Assembly: GCA_030390025.1 (NCBI GenBank)
Contig: CM059432.1
Location: 31,250,001-31,314,000, forward strand
DNA: 64,000 nt
Origin: Squalus acanthias
Taxonomy: Eukaryota
Direction: 5' to 3'
Part shown: positions 11,429 to 23,960 of the stretch, one piece after another
Numbering within the stretch: the first letter of the stretch is position 1
Layout of the letters: each line of letters begins with the position of its first letter
Position numbers and translations under genes: made by a program
The notes under the pieces: generated by a model
Databases searched by the model: none
Seen by the model: the letters and a program-made list of their open reading frames with translations, nothing else
What the model was told of the DNA's origin: nothing

Positions 11429-12789
11429 AATTAAATAAATCTGTTGGACTATAACCTGGTGTTGTGCGACTTCTCATTTTTGAATATACTCAACAACTGA
11501 GCATCCACAGCACGTTGGGCATAGAATTCCAAAGATTCACAACCCTCTGAGTGAAGAAATAACTCCTCATCTCAGTCATTAAAGGCCGACCCCTTATCCT
11601 GAGGCTATGCCCCCTAGTTCTAGACTCTCCAGCCAGGGGAAACAATCTCTCAGCATTTCCTCTGTCAATCCCCCCTCAGAATCTTATATGTTTCAATGAG
11701 ATCACCTCTCATTCTTCTAAATTCCAGAGTGTATAGGCCCAATCTACTGAATCTCTCCTCATAGGACAACCCTCTCATCCCAGGGATCAATCTAGTGAAC
11801 CTTTGTTGTACCGCCTCTAAGGCAAGTATATCTTTCCTTAAATAAGGAGACCAAAACTATGCACTGTACTCCAGGTGTGGTCTCACCAGAGCCCTGTACA
11901 ATTATAGCAGGACTTCCTTACTCTTGTACTCCAACCCTCTAGCAATAAAGGCCAACATGCAATTTGCCTTCCTAATTGCTTGCTGTACCTGCATGCTAGC
12001 TTTCTGTGTTTCTTGTACTAAGACACCCAAATCTCTCTGAACACCAACATTTAATAGTTTTTCACCATTTAAAAAATATTCTGTTTTTCTATTCTTCCTA
12101 CCAAAGTGAATAACCTCACATTTCCCCACATTATACTCCATCTGCCACATTATTGCCCATTCACCTAGCCTGTCTATATCCTTTTGCAGGCTATTTGCGT
12201 CCTCCTCACATCTTACTTTTCCACCTAGCTTTGTATCATCAGCAAACTTGGATACATTGCACTCGGTCCTTTCATCTAAGTTATTAATATAGGTTGTAAA
12301 TAGCTGAGCCTCAATCACTGATCTTTGCGGCACCCCACTAGATACAGCCTGCCAATCTGAAAATGACCCATTTATTCCTACTCTCTGTTTTCTGTCTGTT
12401 AACAAATCCTTTATCCATGCTAATGCCTTACCCCCAACCCCATGTGCCATTATCTTGCTTAACAACCTTTTATGTGGCACCTTATCGAATGCCTTTTGGA
12501 AATCCAAATATACTACATCCACTGGTTCCCCTTTATCTACCCTGCTAGTTACATCCTCAAAAAACTCTACTAAATTTGTCAAACATGATTTACCTTTCAT
12601 AAAACCATGTTGACTCTGCCTAATCATATTATGATTTTCTAAGTACCCTGTTACCACTTACTTAATAATGGATTCCAGCATTTTCCCGACAACTGATGTC
12701 AGGCTAACTGGCCTGTTGTTCCCGGTTTTCTCTCTCCCTCCTTTCTTGAATAGCGGGGTTACATTTGCTACCTTCCAATATGTCGGACA

Positions 12790-13184
12790 GGATCAGGGGG
12801 CGTTCTGCAGCCGCGGCGGCGCTACATAAAGGGCAGGTGTCGGGTGGCCATTCATATTTTGGCCGACTACCAGCACCTGCCACTTTCCCTTTCCCCAGTG
12901 GTCTGGCAGAGCCCCGGTGCATGCAGCGCTAGACCTCTCCCCTTTAATCAGGGGAGGAGGCCTGCAATGACGCGGCGCTACATGCTGTCGCACATGGCGC
13001 TGTTGTACATAGCGCCGTGAACTTCAGTAGTAGCGCCCCAAGAAGGAGGTGGAGCACTTCCACCTCCTGCTTGGGGTGCTACTACTGAATTTCCGGCAGA
13101 GGGGCGCTAACTTTTTCGGGGCGCTTAAATTAGCGCCCTGGCGATGTTAGCACCTCAAAAGGGGCGCCACTCAATTTTCCCCCC
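12790..13184. mobile_element. Harbinger terminal fragment
   Basis: GC-rich, with repeated TAGCGCC/GGCGCTA motifs. Ends CTCAATTTTCCCCCC, whose reverse complement matches the GGGGGAAAAATT TIR. Confidence 0.7.
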
Positions 13185-14099
13185 AAAATATTTGTTTAAA
13201 GCCTCTACCATTTCCTTGTTCCCCAATATAATTTCTCCTGTCACAGCCTGTAAGGGACTAATGCTTACTTTTGCTAATCTGTTCATTTTTACACACTTGT
13301 AGAAGCTCTTACAATCTGGTTTTATATTTCTTACTAATTTACTCTTATATTCTATTTTCTCCCTTTTTATCAATTTTTTGGTCATCCTTTGCTGCTTTCT
13401 AAAGCTCTCCCAATCCTTAGGTTACGACTATTCTTTGCAACATTATAAGCTTCTTCTTTTCATCTAATACTATCCTTAACTTCTTTAGTTAGCCACAGAT
13501 GGATCACTTTGCCCGTGGAGTTTTTATTTCTCAATGGAATGTATATTGGTTGAGAATTTTGGAATATTTCTTTAAATGATTGCCACTGCTTATCTACTGT
13601 CATACCATTTAATCTAATTTCCCAATCTACCTTAGCCAACTTGCCCCTCATGCCTATGTAATTGGCTTTGTTTAAGTTTAAGATTCTAGTGTCAGACTTT
13701 AGAATTTCACTTTCAAACTCAATGTGAAATTCTATCATATTATGATCACTCTTTCTTAGAGGATCTTTTACTATAAGTTTACTAATTTACCCTGTCTCAT
13801 TACACAAAACAAGATCTAAAATAGCCCATTCCCTGGTTGGTTCCATGACATATTGTTCTAGGAAACTGTCTCGAATACATTCCATGAACTCGTCCTCCAG
13901 ACTACCCTTGCCAATTTGATTTGCACAATCTATATGCAGATTAAAGGCCCCCACGATTATTGTATTACCTTTGTTACAAGCTCCTATTATTTCTTGATCA
14001 ATACTCTGTCCAATGGTATAACTACTGTTTGGGGGGCCTATAAACTACTCCCACCACTATATTCTGCCCCTTGATATTTCTACTGTTACTTTTTTAGTT

Positions 14100-14975
14100 A
14101 GCTCACAGTACTCCAGGTGTGATCTAACCAGGGCTTTGTGTAGCTGTAGCATAACCTCTACCCCCTTGTATTCTAGTCCTCTAGATTTAAAGCCCAGCAT
14201 TCCATTATCCTTTTTGATTATTTTCTGTACCTGTCCATGACATTTTAATTATCTATTTACATGGACCCTCAAGTCTCTTTGGACCTCCACTGTTTTTAGC
14301 TTTTCACCATATAAAAGTACTTTGTTCTATCCATTTTAGGAACAAAGTGGATGACCTCACATTTGCCTAAATTAAAATCCATTTGCCACAGTTTTGCCCA
14401 TTCGCTTAATCTATTAATAATTCTTTGTCATTTTATGCTTCCATCTACACTGCTTACAATGCTGCCTATCTTTGTTCCATCGGCAAACTTGGATATGTGG
14501 TTTTCTATCCCATCATCTAAGTCAGTAATAAATATGGTGAATAGTTGAGGCCCCAACACAGATCCCTGCAGGACATCTCTAGTCACATCCTGCCAATTAG
14601 AGTACCTGCCCATTAGTTCTACTCTCCTGCTGCTCAGCCAATTTCCTAAACAGGTCAATAATTTGCCTTCAATTCCATGAGCTTCAACTTTAGCTAACAG
14701 TCTCTTATAAGGGACTTTATCAAATGCTTTCTGGAAGTCCATATAAATAACATCCATAGACAGTTCCCTGTCCGCTACTTTAGTCACCTCCTCAAAAAAT
14801 TCGATCAGGTTCGTCAGGCATGACCTACCCTTTACAAATCCACGCTGGCTCTCTCTGATCAGCTGAAAATTTTCAAGGTGTTTCATCACTCTATCCTTAA
14901 ATATAGACTCTAGTAATTTCCCAACAACAGATGTTAGGCTAACTGGTCTATAATTCCCTGGTTTCCCTCTCTTAC
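14100..14975 (-). mobile_element. CR1 RT fragment
   Basis: ORF 14428-14988: [26 protein letters not shown]. Confidence 0.9.
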
Positions 14976-16232
14976 ATGAGATCGGCAAGCTGCAGACACC
15001 TGCTAAGCATCCTGAGGCAGCTCATCGGCGAAGAGGATTTTATGGGCCGTTGTTTAGGCTGCATGTAAACCCTGTTTTCTTGAACCACGTCAGGGTAACC
15101 CAACTTTATAAAGTGGTCCTCAAACTAACCTTACTTTGGCCTATGCAAAGGGCCTAACACCTATTTCAGGCATGAGCCCTGGATGCCTCATTGTCTGCCT
15201 TTAACAATATGGCGGGTGCCGCACATCTGGTGTGTAATGAGCGGCACGCCCCGCCCACCCGCCATATTGGATGCTTCGGCAAATATCTAGGCCCATTTCT
15301 TTTGCATCACCCTTCTGAACGGATTCATTTTTAATATTAAGACTACCAACAGTGTAGTAGATTAAGATTGATATGAATCACAGTGATCGATGATATAAGA
15401 GGGGCAAGTGAGTACATGGTTGATAAATTATGTGTGGAGGATTGTGTGGGTTTGAGTGGCTGACTGTGTGGTTCATCATAGCTGATGTTGTGAAACACAG
15501 CATGGCTAACTGCATGGGTGAGTCAATGGGTGACCATGTTTAACTGCAAGTGTCTGTATGAGTGATTGCAGGGGCGATTAAGTGTCCAAGGCATTTTATT
15601 CTCTCTGTATGCTATTTTTAGTGCGTCCATTAGTGTGTTTACAAAGTTCCTGTCTGCACTATTTTAATGCAGATGTTAATCTGTTAATTTTAAATAGTGC
15701 ACAGAGAGAGTTAAACCCCTAAGTGACAGTGATAATGATTCTATGAGTATAGCTGATTACTTGGGTAATTGTAAAGGTGGCTGTATGAGCAACTATCTGA
15801 GTAACGTTGTGGGTAACTTCATAACTAAATGGGTAGGTAAGTGTATGGGTGTCTGTATTAGTCAATCAGTGATGTATAGTCAATCAAGAAAGAGCAAGAA
15901 AGAAAGCCAATGACATTTACTTTTTCTGCAAATGAATCACTTAGAAGTAAAAAGAGAAAGAGCTGGAAATACTCAGCAGGTCAGGTAGCATCTGTGCAAA
16001 AACAGCAGTTGACCTTTCAGGCCTTTGGCCCTTCTTCAAGGCTAGGAGATGATTAAGATGAGCAAAATTTAAAAAGGAACACAAGGATAGGCAAAAAAAA
16101 CACATCGGCACACAGAAAAAGAAATAGAATGATCTGCAAAGTGCTTGTGTGGAGGACAGGAGGTGATTAGATGGAAGGTGTGATATTAGCAGGAGACATA
16201 AGGAGAGAAATAAAAGATATATATGAGACACA

Positions 16233-17846
16233 GAGGCCGCAAAATTCGGGGGTGTAGCGCAGGCCATTAAGGCCGGTTTTGCTGAAAAAATGGCGGCCAC
16301 CTCGCTTCCGCCCATTTTTGGTGCGGAACATGGCAGCCGCCATTTTGGGGAGGTCGTTAGCGCTGCCAATGCTGCATTCACCTCCCACAGCAAATATGCA
16401 TCAAATAAATCAAATATACATCAAATATGCAGATCGTGTCATCAATCGGTATGCAATGCCTAAATTGACACACTACTGTGATTTTGGACATTGCTGCTCT
16501 GGATACCGCCCTCTCCAAACCACGCACGGAAGAACGTGCGTGCAGCAGTACTACAGAGATGCTGCCAGTGCTTCTTAAAGTGACACACACATCTTTCAGG
16601 TAAATTTCAATTTCAGCTTTTGGACTGATTTATTTTTACATTTTTATTGGAGTAGTGGCTTGGTGCAATACATTTAAAATGTTGTTAAAGTTTGCAGCGA
16701 ATGTAGGGAGTGCTGCCGGACGCTTGCAAGGCTTTTGATGTCAAAGGAAGGCCTCTGAGAACACCACTTGCTCACAGTTCTGGGGGCTCTAGTTGCAGTC
16801 TCTCTTGGGCTTCAACATCACATGGAGATGAAGCAGAGATAACAAAGGGGACAAGCTGCTCGTATAGGGAAGAGGAGGACGTAGAGGGGGAAGAAGCTGA
16901 AGAGGAAAATTCAGAAGAGGAGGAAGCGTCAGGAGGGTGGCAACCCAGACAGCCCCTTTCTGGCCGGGATATCCAGGATCAAATCATCCGCCTGTGGTAC
17001 CAGTGAACACAACTCCAATTCCCCTTTCAGCATTAGTCCCACACCTTATCTTCCCTCTGTTACTGACCATCACAGTGTCCTCTTGGCCACATTGCTGAAA
17101 TAAAAGCCACCACAAAGCAAACTTTCAAATCACCCAAATTCATATTACATCAAAAAATCAACTAATCACCCTTGTGCATTCCCTTAGTGACTGTCTTGCG
17201 TGTGCCTTTGCCTATCCTAGTAATGTCATGCAGTGCTACCCCAGTGGCTGCAGCATGGCTGGTGGAAGGCTGCTGACTTTCAGTGGGGGACACTGTAGAT
17301 GGCCTTGCAGGACGACCTCGAGGAGTTGGTGGCTGGGAGTTCATCTTCTTCTTATTCTTATTCTTCTTCCTTGTACATCAGAAGAGATTGCGGGATGAGG
17401 GAGAAGTGGGATGTGAGAAGGAGGATAATGTATGAGGATACCAGCATCTGGTATTCTTTCAGCCCCGCCGCTAGCCACGGGCTCAGCCATGCCCCTGCCA
17501 AGAATGGCCAGCACCGACTCCTCCAAGGGTGTAAGGTGAAGCTAGGAATGTGTGGTGTGCCTCGTGTTTGGTAGAGATTGTTAGTGATGGGGGGATTGTG
17601 CATTGAGCAGAATAGCCAAAGTTTTTGTCAGTTTCCCTGATTTGACAGATTACACTGATTGCTGGCTGTGTGGGGGGGGGTTGGGGGAGGGGGGAACAGC
17701 GCAGTCAGTATCAGAGCAGTGAATGACTGACCGTAACTTCAGGATTTCCGCGTTACAATGCGCATGCTCTACATCCTGAAGTTGTGGTCAGTTTCAAAGG
17801 GGTAAAGACAGCGAACGTTGTTATTACCCATCGCAAATTCTGGGCC
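16233..17846. mobile_element. Heavily deleted Harbinger derivative
   Basis: Ends GAGGCCGCAAAATT...AATTCTGGGCC. The + strand has an acidic transposase-like C-terminal tail (EEEDVEGEEAEEE...DQIIRLWYQ). The - strand has Myb-partner exon 2 (EESVLAILGRGMAEPVASGG) and its C-terminus (QQPSTSHAAATG). Confidence 0.75.
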
Positions 17847-17981
17847 ATTATTGAAGTTCACTTTATCTATTTACTTTTGAATCATTAATCCTTGAATAAT
17901 ATCTCCTTAAGCCTTCTCTTTTCTAGAATAAACAGTTCCAGCCTCTTCAATCTTCCCATAGCTCAGATGTATTTATTGAGG

Positions 17982-18796
17982 TGTAGTACGGTGACTAGAA
18001 CTGTACGAGTACCGCAGGTGTGTTTTAAGGAAAGGATTAGTCGGACTGACCTGGGGTCTGCTAATGTTATACTGCTATTGATTTATCTTTATATTGTAGT
18101 AATAATAGCTTTTGCCCATTAAGTGAGGAAGTATAAGCCAATTTAGATGCAGTGACCACTGATCTGTTGAATTAAGATAACCTTAAAGCAACGAACAGTT
18201 TAATAATTAAAAGACATTCCAGTGCATATATTTCAGAGGGCTTTAATAAGTTGATAACAAGTTCTGCAGAAGGGAACATCTGCGACTACATCATCCTTTT
18301 CAGAAGCAGGAGATTGGCATGGAATGGTACAGATTTATAATTAGAAGTTTCACTTGGTAGGCTAGTAACAAGAATGAACCTAGCGATCAGATAATAAAGT
18401 AGGGGAGTTGTGCTGGTTTACGCAAAAAGAACCTGTTAAAACTAAAGTTATTGATAAGTGACAAGGGAAGAAGCTCATTAAAATTCACCTTATATGGAAT
18501 TGTATCAGGTAATGCAGAAATGTGTGGATTGTCATATAGAAGGGGTAATAAAAAGATATAAAAAGTGGGTGTTGGAACAGAGTTTTAGGAGTCGAAAGTC
18601 TGCAGCCTATATTCGGAGCTCAAAACTGTACTGCCTTTGAGTCTTCCTGCTAAAACATGCAAGGTTTTGTCATAAGTATTGATGTTAAGTGTATGTTTCA
18701 TTATTGTGTACTTAATAAATCTGTGACAAAACGACGTTCAAAGTTGTGACGCCTATTGATTTGAGGAGTAGATAATAAGTAAGAAGACACATTACA
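17982..18796 (+). mobile_element. Probable solo LTR
   Basis: TGTAGT...ATTACA ends, TATAAAA at 18557 and AATAAA at 18714. No clean TSD seen. Confidence 0.5.
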
Positions 18797-19139
18797 CCTC
18801 CTCCTCTAACATTGGCCACATTTGTGCCTTATACAGACTTATTATCACCTCCTAGGATTTGTGCTCGATCCCTCTGGTGATACACTCCAAGATCCGATTC
18901 GTTTACCTTACTGATACGGCATACTGTTTTCAGTGAATTATCCACCAATACGCCTAGATTCCTCTCCTCTCTTGTGTGCCCTGGAGTCTAGAGTCATTTA
19001 GCTTAAATCCCCACTTGTTATTTGCCTTTCTGAGTCTCATTACCTTGCATTATTCTTCCCTATTAGCCCACCTTCCCAATCTATCCAGATCCTTTTTTAT
19101 TTGGTTTGCCTCTTTCCTATTGTTGATAACCGTCCCCCG

Positions 19140-19415
19140 TGAGTGCTCACTGTTGGAGATGCGGCCTTTCAGATGAGACGTTAAACCAGAATCCCGTCTG
19201 CCCTCTTGGGTGGAAGTAAAAGATCCCACGGCACTATTCGAAGAAAAACAAGGGATTTCTCCCTGTGTCCTGGCAAATATTTATCCCTCAACCAATATCA
19301 CTAAAAAAAAAGCAGATTATCTGGGTCATTATCTCATTGCTGTCTGTGGGACTTTGCTGTGTGCAAATTGACTGCTTAGTTTCCCTACATTTACAACAGT
19401 GACTACATTTCAAAT
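19140..19415 (+). mobile_element. Deu-domain (SacSINE1/AmnSINE-like) SINE fragment
   Basis: Core ...TCCTGGCAAATATTTATCCCTCAACC...CATTGCTGTCTGTGGGAC...TGTGCAAATTG, recurring at 27545, 41215, 41700 and 49715. Confidence 0.6.
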
Positions 19416-19985
19416 TCACCCCCAACAACTGACATCTGTTCCTATACGTGCGTCCCTTATTTGATTACAAAGCTTATGGTCCATCAGGGTGAAATGATGA
19501 ACTACAGGAGACAATCATTGTTACTTCCCTTCCCTTCCTGTCTCTCATTACATCCACATTAGTCGCAGATAGCCCCAGCTCCATTAGAAAGTTCTTTTCG
19601 CAGTTTGTCTTTTCAATCTCCATGAAGTAATATGTATCCCTTTATGCATTGTCAACCCATGTCGTTCATAAATCAGGTCTCTGGAGTGTCTATAATATTG
19701 TAGCCTTTGTTTCTATCAAGGAACTCCAAGTCTTCCATTTTATTTCTATGGCTTCTGGCATTCATATATAGTATCTTGAACCATCCATTTTACTCACTAC
19801 CTAGACTGATGTGTTTATTTTTTCATTGGTTCCCCATGTGGTATATCCTGCTCTCCAGGGGTTCTCAACCAGGGGTCCACAACCCCCTAGGTTTCAAGAT
19901 TTAGGTGCCCCTAGGTGTGAAGATTTCAGAGGGTCTTCTAGTTGGTTTGACTCATCAATATGCAGGGGAGACTACTGGGGGTGGT

Positions 19986-20906
19986 GGGGGGTGAAATTGG
20001 ATTAGGCCCGAAAACAAGCGCGGGGATCGTGATGCACAATCGGCCTGTGCCCGTTGAAAGGAGTGCAGGCAGCACGTAAAATTCGTGCTGTATGTTAATT
20101 ATAATGATAGCAGAACACAGTCCATCGCTGAGCACACAGCTGACTGTGCGCTCAGCAGGGGGCTGAAGTTCGCGATGTTCACGCGAGGCTAGCTTGACTT
20201 AAAGCTAACCTGTGTCTCTTAAAGGCACTCTGCACCTCTTAAAGGTAAGCTGCCTTCTGGTGATGAAAATTTTTATAACTGCTTCAGCATAAATCAAAAT
20301 GGCTCAACAGGCCTGGGAAAGGGCACCCAGGGACGGGGACACAACACTCGCGGCCTTGGGTGAGTCAACACTCGAAGAGAGGTTCTCTACCAACATGGGG
20401 CCAGGAAGCCCTCCAGAAACACTAAGAAGGATGTGGGACCAGATCGTTGAGGCGATCACTGTCAGCAGTGTCACCCCCAGGACGTGGCTCCAGTGCCCAA
20501 AGAAATTTAATGATCTCAGACGAGTGGTCAAGGTCAGTGAATGCACCTTCAAAAGCCATCTCCTACCAACTGTACCACTAGCCTCACACACTGCTCAGTG
20601 CATGACACCCCATCACTCACTTACCAACAGTTTCTACCAAACACGAGGCACACCTCACATTCCTAGCTTTACCTCACTCTCACACTCTTACCACTTCCTC
20701 ACACCCACATCACATAGCTTGAACACTCTGTCAATTATTCAACCATGACAGCCACATCACCCAAACACATTTCACCACACTCTTGTAGGAATGGGGTAGC
20801 ACATAACCGGAACCAACAGAACTTAACCGGTGAGGGTCAGGCTCGCCTGCATCACCTCACCCCCTTGGACAAGACGATGCTGGCCATTCTTAACAGGAGC
20901 ATGGCT
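19986..20906 (+). mobile_element. Older Harbinger derivative with Myb/SANT gene exons 1-2 (continues at 26483-26578)
   Basis: End GGGGGTGAAATTGG. ORF 20299 reads MAQQAWERAPR...WDQIVEAITVSSVTPRTWLQCPKKFNDLRRVVK followed by a GTCAGT donor. Exon 2 ...LAILNRSMA resumes as DPMASSGAERIQD at 26483. Confidence 0.8.
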
Positions 20907-22302
20907 TGAAAGGATTATTACTAGTCCTAGCCCTTTTCGGGCCTCCCCAGATCAGGCGTACTCCCCTGACGTTCACCTTCAACTAAAGTTAGAGGCAGCT
21001 GGATCCTAAAGATGCTTAATTGGGTCTAAAGGTCCAGACTATCTCTCCCTAAAGGAAAGGAACAACCTGAAGATGTTACCGTCCTCCAGATAGCACTTTT
21101 AATAAGTTTAGCTAGACTGTAACCTTCCGGATATTATGAGGGTCCGGAAAACTCCTTCAGAATTCTGCAACTCTTCACCAAAGAGTGTACAGAGATTGAG
21201 TTTGCGAGTTTGATACAGAAGTACTATGTGAGACAATTCTAAAAAAATACAGATTTATTAAAGAACCGACATGTAGTTTCCAGCTGGTGATTCAATTGCA
21301 ACTTTAACAATTCCAAAAACAAAAAGCTTACAATTCTTATCATCAGAGATCCTTATTCTCAAATCTTAACTGCATTACATTTTTACATTTCTTACTTAGT
21401 CTTATTCCAGAATATCCACCAAAATCAAATACCTTTGATCCCCGAGACTTAAAGAGTTGAAAACTTAGAGCTTGCCTCTGAAGTCTGAGAATTCTGTGAA
21501 TTCTGTGAACTGCTTTGCCCCTTCCAGCGAATTCTGTCTTCCCATTTGAAAATTCTATATTTATACCCTTTCTCAGTGGTATATCCTTTGTAGTTTTCTG
21601 TTGATGTAAGCTAATTATCTCTAGTCATTTTTCTGTTGACCCCTGCTATTCTTACAGTTTGTTCAGCTTGTAGCATTCAGACTCGTGCCTCTACCTTTAG
21701 GTGTTTCTAGCTTATCATAAAAAACAGTTGTAACAGATGTATCTATTTGATGCCATTCTTAGCAAGGTCTTCTGTTTAATTCTTAAGTCACCTCAGCTGG
21801 TTTCAACACAGACTTCGTGTCTCCTAGGTGTTCTAAGTTCAACACAAAAACAATGTGATGGCAGTGGTTCTATTGATGTCATATTTATGAAAGTCTTCTG
21901 TTTGTATCTTTTTACAACATGTAAATTAAAAACACTTCAACTGGGTACACCATTGTCCTCCTAGCCACCTCAACTGGTTGCATTAAGAATTATGGGGGAA
22001 AAATTCAGTTGGTTGCGCCTCCCGTTAGCGCCTTAAGAGGGCGCTAATGGGGCGTTAAGGCGCTAACGCCCGGGCGCAGCGCTGTTTGCGCCGCTCGAGA
22101 ACTTAACTTGAGATTGTGCGGCGGCGCTAAAACTTACCGCTGCGACCACCTGCGCGCGCAGATTGTGACGTCATTCCATGGTGCAACGCCCTTGGGGCGC
22201 CCCGGAGCAGAAATTGAGTGGCGCCCCCTGCCTTACCGCCTGGCGCTTCCAACGACCGGAAGACTGGAACGTTATCAATCGGTGTGGGGCTGGGGGGGGC
22301 GC

Positions 22303-22310
22303 TATTTAAA
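22303..22310 (+). promoter_or_regulatory. Putative TATA box of the transposase gene
   Basis: TATTTAAA about 200 bp upstream of the ATG. The same CTATTTAAA lies upstream of the transposase remnant in the 154-1913 copy. Confidence 0.45.
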
Positions 22311-22505
22311 GGGGGCCTCTTCCTGTCTTTTTCTGTGGTCGACATTTATGCACCACTCGTTCTGAGAGAGAGAGAGAGATTCGGAGAGAGAGAGAGAGAG
22401 ACTTCTACATTGACTCAACGCTTTGTGAGGTAGTTTGGCCTAGTTCATCCTAACTTTGCTGCTACTTTAGTTGCTGTACCTCATTACTTTTCTGGCAAAG
22501 AGAAT

Positions 22506-23666
22506 ATGGGGGCTGCAATGATTGGGGGCGTCGTCCTGCTCCAGCTCAATCGGAGGATAGTGAGATGCAGACAGAGAGTGGCAATGATGGCCAGACGGAG
22601 GAGGGCCATCAGGCGCATGTACAGGAGAGCTTACCCTCCCAGGGTATATCGTGAACAGCTCTCCTACATCCATATGTCCGAGGAGCTGTGTTTGCGAAGG
22701 CTGCGATTCAGCAAGGAGGTGGTCACTGAGCTCTGCCACCTGCTGCAGCCAGATCTGCAGCCTCAGCTGAGGTCCAGGACGTCTCTGTCGGTGGCAGTGA
22801 AGGTCACAGTGGCTTTGAACTTCTACGCCACTGGCTCATTCCAAGCTGCTGTTGGGGACCTCGCCAATATCTCCCAGTTTGCGGTGCATCGCTGCATCCG
22901 GCAGGTCACCAATGCCCTCTTCAGAAGGAGACGAGACTTCATCTCTTTCCCTATGACCCCAGACAAGCAGCATGACTGTGCTATGGGCTTTGCGAGGGTA
23001 GCGGGCTTCCCCATGGTGCAGGGCGCCATTGACTGCACGCATGTGGCTTTGCGTGCTCCGCGAGAGAATGCAGAGGAGTTCCGGAACAGAAAGGGGTTCC
23101 ATTCCTTGAATGTGCAGTTGGTCTGTGACCACAGACAGGTGATTCTCGCTGTCAATGCCCACTATCCGGGCAGCTGCCACGATGCTTTCATCCTGTGCCA
23201 GAGTACTGTGGCAGAAATTTTCGAGGCACCGCATCAGCCAGTTGGTTGGCTTCTGGGGGACAAGGGGTACGCATTGAGCACCTGGCTGATGACACCGCTC
23301 CGTGCGCCAAACACCCCTGCTGAGCTGCGGTACCAGGAAAGCCAACAAGCAACCAGGAACATTATTGAGCGCACAATCGGCGTGCTGAAACAACGATTCC
23401 GCTGTCTGGACCATTCCGGAGGAGCCCTGCAGTACTCGCCTGAGCAAGTTTCGAAATTCGTAGTCATGTGCTGCATGTTGCACAACATGGCAATCCTCAG
23501 GACGCAGCCAATGCCACCAGGCCTTGCAGCACCACAAGAGGAGGAGGAGGAAGAGGAGGAACAGGACGAGGACGATGATCAGCAGCAGCACCAAGGCAGG
23601 AGGGCGGCCCACAATGGTCAAACTGCAAGGGCCGTCCGTCAACGACTAATAGCAAGCCGCTTCTAG
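22506..23666 (+). CDS. Harbinger transposase (HARBI1-like, DDE_Tnp_4 family), intact 386 aa
   Basis: Motifs RLRFSKE, LNFYATGSFQ, GFPMVQGAIDCTH, NRKGFHSLNVQLVCD, PGSCHDAFI, LLGDKGY, RNIIERTIGVLKQRFRCL and CCMLHN. Acidic C-terminal tail. No stops. Confidence 0.95.
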   Translation: MGAAMIGGVVLLQLNRRIVRCRQRVAMMARRRRAIRRMYRRAYPPRVYREQLSYIHMSEELCLRRLRFSKEVVTELCHLLQPDLQPQLRSRTSLSVAVKVTVALNFYATGSFQAAVGDLANISQFAVHRCIRQVTNALFRRRRDFISFPMTPDKQHDCAMGFARVAGFPMVQGAIDCTHVALRAPRENAEEFRNRKGFHSLNVQLVCDHRQVILAVNAHYPGSCHDAFILCQSTVAEIFEAPHQPVGWLLGDKGYALSTWLMTPLRAPNTPAELRYQESQQATRNIIERTIGVLKQRFRCLDHSGGALQYSPEQVSKFVVMCCMLHNMAILRTQPMPPGLAAPQEEEEEEEEQDEDDDQQQHQGRRAAHNGQTARAVRQRLIASRF

Positions 23667-23960
23667 GGCCCCTGCCATTGCTACAAACACGAATCAACCC
23701 AGCACGCAACCCCTAAGCCGGCCAAGGCACCAATAATTCCAACCACCAGCCATGTATATTTTGAATACAGAAACTTATTTATTGTACAAACTCTGTGTGT
23801 GTCAATTCCTCATGACAAACTCATAGAAATAAACACAAAAAAACAGTCAATAACATAACTGGTTCTCACAACCTGGAGATAACGTCCAAAACACTAAACA
23901 AAAGTTGGGCCATGAACCTCGGCCTTTAATAAAAAAATGACCAGTATTTTGGCACACCTC

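Larger units (their letters stand above)
11055..11479. mobile_element. Penelope-like element remnant as an inverted pair (perfect hairpin) with hammerhead motifs
   Basis: 13-bp TSD TTGAATATACTCA (11042-11054 and 11480-11492). Arms 11089-11277 and 11294-11482 are exact reverse complements around a 16-nt spacer. Each arm carries a hammerhead core. Confidence 0.8.
10892..14060 (-). mobile_element. CR1 LINE ORF2 (endonuclease to RT plus 3' UTR), interrupted
   Basis: RT ORF 11902-12657 and linker/endonuclease ORFs 13155-13385 and 13460-13738. Tail near 10892. Confidence 0.9.

Noticed and set aside
22836..23642. 268-aa antisense ORF over the transposase
   Set aside because: Shadow ORF of a GC-rich coding strand with no recognisable motifs.
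22506..23666. Domesticated host gene HARBI1
   Set aside because: The ORF is intronless, lies between TIRs with a TSD, is paired with a Myb gene and is nested in an LTR. That is a transposon copy, so no gene symbol was given.
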